IMG/VR virus record: IMGVR_UViG_3300037470_000309
Coordinates: 1 to 60,423 of that record
Strand: one strand, 5' to 3'
Origin: a virus
Lineage: Duplodnaviria > Caudoviricetes
DNA length: 60,423 bases
Shown here: positions 19,815 to 29,800 of the stretch, piece by piece
How positions within the stretch are numbered: the first letter of the stretch is position 1
Layout of the letters: each line of letters starts with the position of its first letter
Notes under the pieces: generated by a model
What the model saw: the letters and a program-made list of their open reading frames with translations, nothing else
The model's database searches: none
Told to the model about the DNA's origin: nothing
Position numbers and translations under genes: made by a program

Positions 19815-20074
19815 TGCCGCAGCTCAACGCGCCGCCGGCCGCGCAAGCCCTGACCGAGCGCAGCGGACAGGTCTCGCTGGGCTGGGCACAGTGGTTCACG
19901 CAGCTATGGCGGACGGTGGTGCCGGAGCGGGCGTTCTACATCCCGACCACGGACGGCGCGCCGGCATTCACACCCGAGGCGAGGGCAGGGTTCGCGCCGA
20001 TGACCTTCGATCCCGCGACCGGGATTCTCTACATCCACGACGAATCCAACTGGCTGAGCACGACACTGACATAA
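19814..20074 (+). CDS. Small tail-associated protein (gp26 position)
   Basis: TGATG coupling; WAQWFTQLW motif; position after gp10. Confidence 0.55.
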   Translation: MPQLNAPPAAQALTERSGQVSLGWAQWFTQLWRTVVPERAFYIPTTDGAPAFTPEARAGFAPMTFDPATGILYIHDESNWLSTTLT

Positions 20075-20646
20075 TGAAAAATTTCCAGCTTATCGGCCGC
20101 GGGCTCGACATGGTGCCGCTGCATCACGCGCTGATCCGCCAGCCCGGTCTGTGGAACCGGCACGCCTTCCGCCGCACCTATGAAAACACCCCGCATTCGG
20201 AGGTCGATGACATCTGGCTGCGCTATTCGGACGAGAACAGGACCGCCGATCCCAGAGACACGGCGGCGGTGCAGAACGACCATTCCGCCGTCTGGTATCC
20301 CGAGGCCGCGAAGCTGCCGGAAGCGAAAAAGCTGGTCATGGACCTGATGCACTATCTCGGGGCCTATGCGCTGGAGCGGCTGGTGATTTCCAGACTGGCG
20401 CCGGCGAAGCGGATTCTCCCCCACGCCGACGCGGTTGGGGATTACGTCCATCTCCGCGACATCGCGCGCTACCACATCGTTGTTCAAGGCCTTCCCGGCT
20501 CCATGTTCCATTGCGGCGACGAGACCGTGAACATGCAGACCGGCGAAATCTGGTGGTTTTCCGCCCACGAAACCCATTCGGTCGAGAATAATTCAGCGGA
20601 CGACCGCGTTCACCTGATGGCTGATCTCCGGCAATGGCCGTGCTGA
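20074..20646 (+). CDS. Aspartyl/asparaginyl beta-hydroxylase-like 2OG-Fe(II) oxygenase
   Basis: ILPHAD (HxD), RYHIV, GEIWWF, HSVENNSADDRVHL. Confidence 0.85.
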   Translation: MKNFQLIGRGLDMVPLHHALIRQPGLWNRHAFRRTYENTPHSEVDDIWLRYSDENRTADPRDTAAVQNDHSAVWYPEAAKLPEAKKLVMDLMHYLGAYALERLVISRLAPAKRILPHADAVGDYVHLRDIARYHIVVQGLPGSMFHCGDETVNMQTGEIWWFSAHETHSVENNSADDRVHLMADLRQWPC

Positions 20647-21095
20647 CGTGCGCCGTCGAATCCTTCATCGATCGGCTCGACGAGCTGAAACCGTTGCTTC
20701 CCGGACACTGGGAGGAGCTGGCGCTGGACAAGGACCAGGTGCCGCTCGATCCGCAATACGAGGTGTATTTCGACCGGGAACGGAAGGGCGAACTGCTGTT
20801 CGTCACCCTGCGGTCATCCGGTGCGATGGTGGGCTACTTCATCGCCTTCATCGCGCAGGGCCTCCACTACCGGACCTGTCTCACCTGTACGATGGATATC
20901 TTCTACGTCCATCCGGACCACAGGGGCAGGGGCGGAGGCTTGCGGCTGTTCCGGTTCGTGAAATCGGAGCTGCAACGGCGCGGCGTACAGCGCTGGTTCG
21001 TCGGATCGAAGCTCCACCGGGACGCGAGCCGGCTGTTCGAGGCGATGGGGTTCGAGCCCGTGGAGACTTATTACAGCCTGTGGCTTGGAGAGTGA
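20634..21095 (+). CDS. GNAT acetyltransferase
   Basis: DIFYVHPDHRGRGGGLRL, LFEAMGF. Confidence 0.85.
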   Translation: MAVLTCAVESFIDRLDELKPLLPGHWEELALDKDQVPLDPQYEVYFDRERKGELLFVTLRSSGAMVGYFIAFIAQGLHYRTCLTCTMDIFYVHPDHRGRGGGLRLFRFVKSELQRRGVQRWFVGSKLHRDASRLFEAMGFEPVETYYSLWLGE

Positions 21096-21096
21096 C

Positions 21097-22074
21097 ATGG
21101 TAGCAGCAGCGATCGCCGGGTCCGCCGTCATCGGTGCCGGCGCGTCCATGATGGCCGGACGCGCGCAGGGCAAGTCTGCGGAAGCCGCCGCCGCCATGCA
21201 GGCCGAGGCGACCCGCGAATCGGTCGCCGAGCAGCGCCGCCAGTTCGACCTCACCCGCGCCGACTTCGCGCCGTACCGCGATGTCGGGCAGAATGCGCTG
21301 CTCGAGTTCTCGGCGCTGTACGGGATCGGGCGCAACGGGCTTCTCCCCATGACGGCGGCGGAGGCGGGGCAGCAGACGGCAGCGACAGCGGCACCGCAGA
21401 CCGCCACCGCCCCGTCCTTCACCCGGCGGATGATGGACCGCAAACAGGCGCAACAGCTCCGCAGCCAGGGGTTTACGGTGCGTTCCGTCGGGGACCACTC
21501 GATCGACGACGGCACCAACGAGTCCATCGATCTCGCCTACGACGTGATGGACCCGTTCTCAGCCCGGGCGTCGATATCCGGTGGGGGTGCCGCTGGCGCC
21601 GCGGGCACCGGCGGCCAGAGCCCGGTCAGCCGCTCGATGGAAGAAGCCCGCAACCGCTTCATGGAGACGCCGGGCTACCAGTTCCGCTTCGATGAGGGTA
21701 TTCGGGCGCTGGACCGCTCCGCTGCCGCACGGGGAAGCCTCAGGGGCGGCGCGCATGAACGGGGGCTGATCCGCTACGGCCACGGTATCGGGTCGGAGGA
21801 GTTCGGCAACTATGCCAACCGTCTCGCCTCCCTCGCCGGGGTCGGGCAGTCGGCGACCGGCTCCACCGCCGCGGCGGGGCAGGCCAGTGCCGGGAATATC
21901 TCCAACATCCTGATGACCGGGGCGGCCGGGCAGGGAAACGCGCTTCAGAACGCCGCGACCGCCCGCGCCTCGGGATATGCCGGGGTCGGGAACGCCGCGA
22001 GCGGTGCCGTCCAGAATTATCTATTCCATAACGCGCTGCAGAACCGCAGCCTTAGCAACGCCGATTATCTGTAG
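21097..22074 (+). CDS. DNA ejection protein (gp7-like)
   Basis: Gly/Ala-rich N-terminus, PYRDVG, TPGYQFR, SAAARG motifs. Confidence 0.8.
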   Translation: MVAAAIAGSAVIGAGASMMAGRAQGKSAEAAAAMQAEATRESVAEQRRQFDLTRADFAPYRDVGQNALLEFSALYGIGRNGLLPMTAAEAGQQTAATAAPQTATAPSFTRRMMDRKQAQQLRSQGFTVRSVGDHSIDDGTNESIDLAYDVMDPFSARASISGGGAAGAAGTGGQSPVSRSMEEARNRFMETPGYQFRFDEGIRALDRSAAARGSLRGGAHERGLIRYGHGIGSEEFGNYANRLASLAGVGQSATGSTAAAGQASAGNISNILMTGAAGQGNALQNAATARASGYAGVGNAASGAVQNYLFHNALQNRSLSNADYL

Positions 22075-22083
22075 GCGCCGGAC

Positions 22084-23847
22084 ATGCAACTCCCCGCTCT
22101 CCAAATCCGCCAGCCGGACCTCGGCAACGCGCTCTACAAGGCCGCCGTCATCAAATCGATGGGCACACGGAACAAGCTCGCCGAGGCGAAGCTGGCGCGC
22201 GAGGGGAAGGTCGCCGATCTCTCCGGGCAGGCGATGGCCGACATGACCGGGCCGAGAAACGCACTGGCCGCCCGCGCCGCCGACCCGGGAATCGGCGAGG
22301 ACGTGGACGCCATGGGGGCGGAACCGGGCCGGTCGGCCGACGCCATCCCGGAATCCTTGCGTGCGCTCGCCGCCATCGCACCCGACCGGGCGCAGAAGAT
22401 CGTCGATCTCACCGGCAAGCTGAATGACCGCCAGAAGGAGACGGCGAAGGAGAACAGCGCGCGCGCGGCGAAGCTCGCCATCGGGGTTCTCGATGCCCCG
22501 GACGCGCAGAAGCCGGCGGCCTACGCGCAGGCCCTCCAGATCGCCGGCCAGAACGGCTATCCCGTCGATACCCTGCCGCCCGAATGGGGCCCGGAGGCGC
22601 AGCAGAGCCTAAACACGGTGGTGCTGGAAGCCCTGTCGTTCGACGACATCCTCAAGATGCGCAAGGACGAGCCGAAGATCATCGAGATTTTCGACGACAA
22701 GACCGGGCGCAAGCAGAAGGGCTACATGCAGGCCGGCAAGTTCGTGCCCGTCGGCGGCACCGCGGCCGAGGATATCGACGGCGCCAAGGACCCGGCCCGC
22801 GTGCGCGAGGCCAACTGGCTGGTCGAGAACAAGATATTCCCGAACCTCAAGGCGGCCTACGAGGCGACCCGCACCCGCGTCGGCATGTCGGGCGCGGACG
22901 TGCGCACCAAGGGGCTCACCTGGGTTTCCAGCCAGAAGGACCGCTTCAGCCGTCAGGTCTACGACTCCCCGGAGAAGCAGGCCGCCGCCCTTGCCGCCTA
23001 CGAGAAGTTCGTCGCCGGCGACACCGAGGGCGCGTTGAAGGACCTGCAATCCATCGCGCCCAAGGAGGAGGCCGCCAAGCCGGGCTTCATCGAGCGCACC
23101 GTCAAGAGCCTGTTCGGATCGACCGACAAGCCGCCCGAGTCGGAGGCGAAGCCCGCAGCGAAGCCGGCCGCAGACATCACGGATCGCGTAAAACAGAAAT
23201 ACAAGGCGATCGCGCCCTATGACCTGTCGGTCATCGACAGCCGCAGCAAAGGCATTTCGGAAGGCCGCAAGCTGGAGTTCTATACGCCCGACCAGGAGGA
23301 CAATCCGACACCGGGCCGCCCCACCGTCGAAGTCTTCGACCCGAGCTTCAAGGGCGACGACCTGACCGATATGGTGGCGGCGGACTTTCTGCATTACCTC
23401 GGAAAAAACGATCCCAAGTTGGTCGAATTGCGCGAGCAGTTCCGCAAGTCCTTGACGCCAGAGCAGCAGGAAACCGATCGCCGCGCGTATGAGCTTGCGG
23501 GCAAGGGCGAGCACGGCGGCCCGCCGGAGACGCGCCCCTACGAAAAATGGTTCGACGTTCATCGGCTCGACCAGTATCTCGGATCGATGTTCCTGCCGAA
23601 AGGATCGGAGAACCGCAAGGAGTGGGTGCGGGCGATGACGCCGGATCAGAAGGAAATCCTCGGCAACATCAAGACGTATCTGGAGCAGGGCAGTCCGGCG
23701 GAGAAACCCAAGGGCGAGACCCGCAAGGCTCCCGACGGCAAGGACTATCCCGTGGTCAGCGACAAGGCCGCCTACGACAAGGTTCCTGCCGGGTCGGTCT
23801 ACTGGCACGCCGGCAAGAAGCAGTTCGTGACCAAGGGCCAGAAGTAG
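22084..23847 (+). CDS. Internal virion/ejection protein (gp20-like position)
   Basis: Position between gp7-like and gp16-like genes; helical; C-terminal YDKVPAGSVYW motif. Confidence 0.65.
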   Translation: MQLPALQIRQPDLGNALYKAAVIKSMGTRNKLAEAKLAREGKVADLSGQAMADMTGPRNALAARAADPGIGEDVDAMGAEPGRSADAIPESLRALAAIAPDRAQKIVDLTGKLNDRQKETAKENSARAAKLAIGVLDAPDAQKPAAYAQALQIAGQNGYPVDTLPPEWGPEAQQSLNTVVLEALSFDDILKMRKDEPKIIEIFDDKTGRKQKGYMQAGKFVPVGGTAAEDIDGAKDPARVREANWLVENKIFPNLKAAYEATRTRVGMSGADVRTKGLTWVSSQKDRFSRQVYDSPEKQAAALAAYEKFVAGDTEGALKDLQSIAPKEEAAKPGFIERTVKSLFGSTDKPPESEAKPAAKPAADITDRVKQKYKAIAPYDLSVIDSRSKGISEGRKLEFYTPDQEDNPTPGRPTVEVFDPSFKGDDLTDMVAADFLHYLGKNDPKLVELREQFRKSLTPEQQETDRRAYELAGKGEHGGPPETRPYEKWFDVHRLDQYLGSMFLPKGSENRKEWVRAMTPDQKEILGNIKTYLEQGSPAEKPKGETRKAPDGKDYPVVSDKAAYDKVPAGSVYWHAGKKQFVTKGQK

Positions 23848-23850
23848 CCA

Positions 23851-26800
23851 GTGGCGACCGTCCTGACCTTCGGCGAAAACGACGCCCCGGTCTTCGGAGC
23901 GGATGACGCCTTCGCCTTCGGCGCTCGGGACATCCCTGCGTTCGGCGCCGACGATGCACCCGCTTTCCCGGATGGCGAGCCGGCGGACCTCCCTGCCGCC
24001 GTGCGCGCCGGCGTGGCCGGGGATGCTGTACCGGTCGCCCCGGCCGCGTCACAAGAGGATAGCTGGGCGGCGCTCGGCAGGAAGGTGATCGAGAACGCGC
24101 CCACGATGTTCAAGCAGGCGGCCGGCGGTGCCCTTCAGGCGATCGCCGAGACCCCACCGTCCCCGCCTCCCGGAATCGAGCCGACCGATCCGATGTGGCA
24201 GGGCGTCGTCTCCGCCCACCGCGAGCGCATCGGCAAGGGCGGTCCGGACGAGACCGGGCGTAAAATCTACGAGGAGGCGACCGCCGATCTCAAGGCCAAC
24301 GCGCCCAAGGTCGATCCGGAAAGCCTCAAGGGCTACGCCTACGACATCGCGCAGGGCATCGTCCAGATGGGCCCCGCCATTACCGCGGCCATCGCCGCCC
24401 GCAGCCCGGCCCCGGCGGTCGGCATCATCGCCACGCAGGTCGGCGGGCACCGCTACGGCGAATCCCGTGCGGAAGGGCGCACCCCCGAGCAGGCGGCGAC
24501 CGACGCCGTGTTTTACGCCGCCGCCGAGGCGATCCCGGAAAGCGTCCCGCTCGGCATCCTGATGAAGCCCGGCGGCAAGTTCCTTTCCCGCGTCCTCAAG
24601 GTCGGCGGCGCCGAGGGCGTGCAGGAGATGTTCACCGAGGCCCTGCAGACCGGCTACGACGCCGGCGCGCTGGGCGAGGAGATGACGTGGGGCGAGGCCG
24701 TCGATCAGATCCGCCGGGCCGGCATCGTGGGCGTCGGGGTCGGCGGTGGCATCGCGGTCGTGACACAACCGTTCGACCGTGGCGCGCAGCCCACGGAGCC
24801 GCCGCCTGACGCGCAGGAAGGCCCGACAGCCCCGGCACCCGGGACGGCCCCTGTGCGCGAGGATATGGCCGCAGCGGAGACGGACTTCGGGCAGGACGAC
24901 TCTCCCGCCTTCCCCGAGGGCGCCGTGCCGGCCGAGACGGTGATCGGGCAGGAAGCGGAGCCGGGGCAGGACGTTGGCGGTTATGTAGAAGGTGAAAAGT
25001 ATTCGGGCCACGTATCGGATGTCACCGCGCTTGATCCGAAAACGCTCAGGGTTCGCGATGCTGGCGAGGTTCGCGAGGTTTCCGATGAAGTCGCCCGGAA
25101 CATGGATTTCTCGGAGCCCGTAGAGATCACCCTGTTTGCCGATGGCACCAGGATCATCAACGACGGTCACCATAGGGTTGCTGCCGCAAAGCGGCTCGGG
25201 ATGAAGTCCATTCCGGTTCGCCTGATCGGTGTTAACGCCAGAGCACCGGCCATTAATGCAGCAGTCGATGAATCGCGTGCGCTTAGCGCCGAGCAGCCCG
25301 ACGCGCCCATCCTGACTGACATGGCAGAGCCGGCCGAGGAAATCACCCCGCAGGCCCCGGAAACCGTGGCACAGGAGCCGGTCGGGGCGCCCGAGGAAAT
25401 CAGTCCCGCGTTGCGTTCTCCGGAATTAATTAATCGTCCGAAAAGCGACGTGGCCGCTGCGCCCGAGCAAGCATCACCGGCCCAACCCGCTGAAACGCAA
25501 GCCGTTTCCGAGACCGCGCGCGCCGCCGACACCACCTCGCCCGAGACCACGCACGCTCGCCTCGCCAAGCCCGTCCTCGCCAGCACGGTATCCCTGACCC
25601 CGGACGCCATTGCCAAGGCGCACGGCATCGAGACCCGCGAGGCGTCCCGGCTGTTGCAGGAGATGGCGAAGCGGGGAGAAATCCGGGCCGTCTCGTCGAC
25701 CACGGCCTACGACAACCTGGTGAAGCGCCGCGGCCAGATCGAAGGCAGCACATCCATCAAGCCGGCGGCGAAGAAACGCGTGCTGGCGAAGATCGACGAG
25801 CAGATCGCACAGGTAGGTGGCAAGGTCCGCTACCGCAGGCCGCAGAAAAGGGGACCGCTGACGCTTTCGCAGTTCGTGGCATCCAAAGGCGGCATCAGGG
25901 ATGAGGGCGGCGAGTTGTCCGCGATGGACCTTGGCAACCGCACCATGATCCCCGGCTTCGGCCCCCTTGTCCGGTCGAAAGGCCGGCAGCTCGACTATGC
26001 CCGCGAGGCTGCCGTCGAGGTAGGATATCTTCCCGAAGGCTCGACCGTCGCCGATTTCCTCGACGCCATCCGGCGGGACACGTCCGGGAAAGACGCGCGC
26101 GGCAAGGTGTTCTCCCAAGCCGACGAGAGCGAGGTTGCCGGGCGCATCGAGACAGCGGAGAGCGAAGCCGAGCAGGCGCGCGAGAGCAACGCCCGCGCGG
26201 AGATCGCGGCCGCCGTCAAGTCGATCGGCATGGTGCCGGCCGACGAAACAGGCGCCGTGGCCCGTGTCATGGCCGGCGAAGATTCCCTCGATGTTGTTGC
26301 TGACATCTGGGAGCGTGCGGCGCTACAATCGGAGTCCGATGCCCGAGACGAAATCGAAGATACCGCCCGCCGAGAGGGCGAAGAGGCTCCGCCGCTTGGC
26401 GAGCGATCCGCGCCTGAGCGCGAAGAAGAAACGCGAGCTGCGGATGCTGGCCGCACAGGGCGACAAGCTGGGCGCGCTGATGAAGAAGCGGGACGCGGCG
26501 AAGGCGTAAAGCCGCTCTACGCCAACCGTCCCGTCACCAACGCCGCCGATATCGTCGCATGGGCCAAGGCCCAGGGCTTCAAGCAGACCCTCCGCCCCGA
26601 AGACATGCACGTCACCGTCGCGTTCTCGCGCGAGCCGGTGGAGTGGGAAGCGGTCGGCGAGACCGCCAAGCAGATCGGGTCGGCGCCGGGCGGGGCGCGC
26701 GCCGTCGAGAAACTCGGCGACGAGGGCGCGGTCGTGCTGCGCTTCGAGAACGGCCAGTTGAAGAAGCGCTGGCAGCTGTATCGCAACGCCGGCGCATCAT

Positions 26801-29800
26801 GGGACTTCGAGGGCTACAAGCCGCACATCACCATCACCTATGACGCTGGCGATCTCGACCTGTCCAAGGTCGAGCCGTACAACGGCCCGATCCGTCTGGG
26901 GCCGGAGCAACAGGAAGACCTCGACACCGACGCGACCAGCAAGGTGGATGAGGTTCCGACCGGCGCACAACCTGTCACCACCGAACAGACTCCCCAAGGC
27001 GAGCAGGCCGTCATCCCCGGAACCGAGCGCTCCGCCCGGCAGGCGCAAGCCGCGCGGGAAGCCGAGGGCAGGGGACGCATCCGGTCGCGAACCGAGCAGA
27101 AGGACGCCGACGAGGGGCTGTTCGCGGAGAAGCGGGACGACGAGACACCGCTGTTTCAGCGTTCCGAAACCGCTCCGGAGCCGCCGTTCTTCTCCGCGCT
27201 CACCCGCGCCGTCGAGGCGATGAAGCTCCCGAAGGCGCCGGCGCGGCAATGGCTCGGCTCGATCCGCAACGCGGCCGGCGTGAAGGCCGAGGAGATCGAG
27301 TGGTCGGGCGTCGCCGAATGGCTGGACGCGCAGACCGGCGCCGTCTCGAAAGAGGACCTGCTGGCCTTCCTGCGCGAGAACGAGGTGCGCGTCGAGGAGG
27401 TGGTGAAGGGCGGGGCAGTGCGACCGCGGCTCACACAAGAAGAACTCCAAAGGCTGCAAGACTTTTACGATTATATGCGCAATGGCGAGCGCTTGGGTGC
27501 CGCCGACCTCCGGGAATTTCGTAGGCTGGAAGCATTGCAGGAGCAGGATGCCGCCGAGGTGGTGGAGACCAAGTTCGCCTCCCACACCCTCCCCGGCGGC
27601 GAGAATTACCGCGAGCTGCTGCTGACGCTGCCGAGCGACAGCGCCGCCGCAGAAGAAGCGCGCGCGGCACGGATTGAAGAACTTCAAGCGCGACGGGACC
27701 GTGTGCTGGCACGAGATGGTCCGGGACGCGATGTGACGCTTGGCAACATTGATATGCAGATATCTATGGTGCGACGGGAGACCGAATCGCGCGCCGACTT
27801 CCGCGCCGGCCATTTCGACGAGCCCAACGTGCTCGCCCATATCCGCTTCAACGAGCGCACCGACGCCGACGGCAGCCGGGTGCTGTTCATCGAGGAAATC
27901 CAGTCCGACTGGCACCAGAAGGGGCGGAAGCAGGGGTATCGCGACGAGGCGGCTGTTCGCCGTGCGCAGCAAGCGAGGGAGCGCGCCAATAGCGCCGCCC
28001 GCGCGCTGCGTGAGGCGGAGGAAGCCATCCGGGAGTTCCGCCCGAGCCCCACAATGAGCCGCATCGACGGCGCCAATGCGCGCGCTCGGCTCGACCGCGA
28101 GCGGCAGCGACTCGAACAGGAATGGCGGCAAGCCAGTCAGGACCTCGACGAGATTGACCGGACCACCGATACCGGCGGCGTCCCCGACGCCCCGTTCAAG
28201 TCCTCCTGGCACGAGATCGCCTTCAAGCGCGCGCTGCGCTGGGCGGCCGAGAACGGCTTCGACAGGATCGCGTGGACGACCGGCGAGCAGCAGGCGGAGC
28301 GGTACGATCTAAGCAAGAAAGTATCCTACCTTCGCTACAAGAAGAACCCGGACGGCACATTCCATCTGAAGGCCAAGACGATAGAAGGTCGCGATTTAAC
28401 ACTCGGCGAGAACATCCCCGAAGCACAGCTTCCCGACCATATAGGCAAGGACATCGCCGACAAGATCGCCCGCGGCGAGCGCAGCAACCATCCGGGTCAG
28501 CAGTGGAGCGATCTTTACAGTCCAGACCTCAAGGTCGGCGGCGAGGGCATGAAGGGCTTCTACGACCGGATACTCCCGCGCTTCGCCAACAAATACGCGA
28601 AGAAGTGGGGGGCGAAGGTTGGAACCGTGAATATTGCCGGCGAGCGGCCCGGCCTGTGGCGCAGCGGCGATACGCGCGAGGCGGCACGCCAGCGGCAGAG
28701 CATGACGGAGGTCCACGCGCTCCCCATCACCCCCGAGATGCGCGAGAGCGTCACCGCCGGCCAGCCGCTATTCAAGACCGAGGAGCAGGTCTCCGGCGCC
28801 GGCCGCGTCCGCACGCGCTACCACTTCGCCGACGAGTTCGCCGGCAGGCGCGAGGCTGTTTCACGTGAAATCCGCAAGCTGCTCGACGGCATGGGGCTGC
28901 ACGACGTCGGGCTCCGGATCGCCGACCGGATCACCGCATCGGTCGATCGGGGCCCGGAATGGGACGCCGAGGGCCGCTACTTCCACGGCGTGATCGACCT
29001 GGCGCTCGCCGGCAAGGACACCCCGCGCGCGGCCCGTCACGAAGCCATCCATGCGATGCGCGAGCTCGGCCTGTTCACGGAGCCGGAATGGAAGCTGCTG
29101 TCGCAGGCATCGGAGAAGATGTGGCGCGAGCAGTACGGGATCGACAGCCTCTACGAGGGCTTCCCGGAATGGGTGAAGACCGAGGAGGGCATCGCCCACG
29201 CCTATTCAGACTGGCGCGCAGGCGACCTCCGGATCGGCGGGCTGATCCGGCGCGCCTTCGCCAAGGTCAGGAAGTTCCTCGAGGCGCTCGCCAACGCGCT
29301 GCGCGGGCAGGGCTTCCAGACGGTCGATGACGTGTTCGCCCGGGTCGAGGGCGGCGAGGCTGGCACGCGGGAGCGGAGGCGCACCGGCCGGCGAGGCACG
29401 GAGCGGTTCAGCCTCACCCCCGACACCCCCGACAGCGCAGAGAACCGCCAGACGGCCGGCCAGGGCATGATCGCCCGCGGCCAGCCGCTCGACCGCGCCA
29501 TGCGGCTCCCGTTCGACTGGTTCGGCGGCGTCAACGAAAAGGGCGAGTGGAAGCCGGGGCTCAAGCTGTTCGACAAGGCCGAGACCGCGTTCAAGACCGC
29601 CCGCTTTCCCGACCGCGCGCCCTTCGGATGGACCAACACGCTGCTGGAGAATGCAAGGCGCGGCCTGATCGACCGCTACGGGCTGGACCCCGAATACGTG
29701 AAGCGGGAACGCAAGCTCGACCTCGACAAGCGCGAGATCGCCGAGAAGGGCGCGGAGATCATCCAGAGCCTCGCCAAAAGCAATATCGGGGCCGAGGAAG

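Noticed and set aside
24961-25290. Plasmid-prophage partition system
   Set aside because: The ParB-like domain is internal to a virion protein, there is no ParA, and an integrase with attP is present
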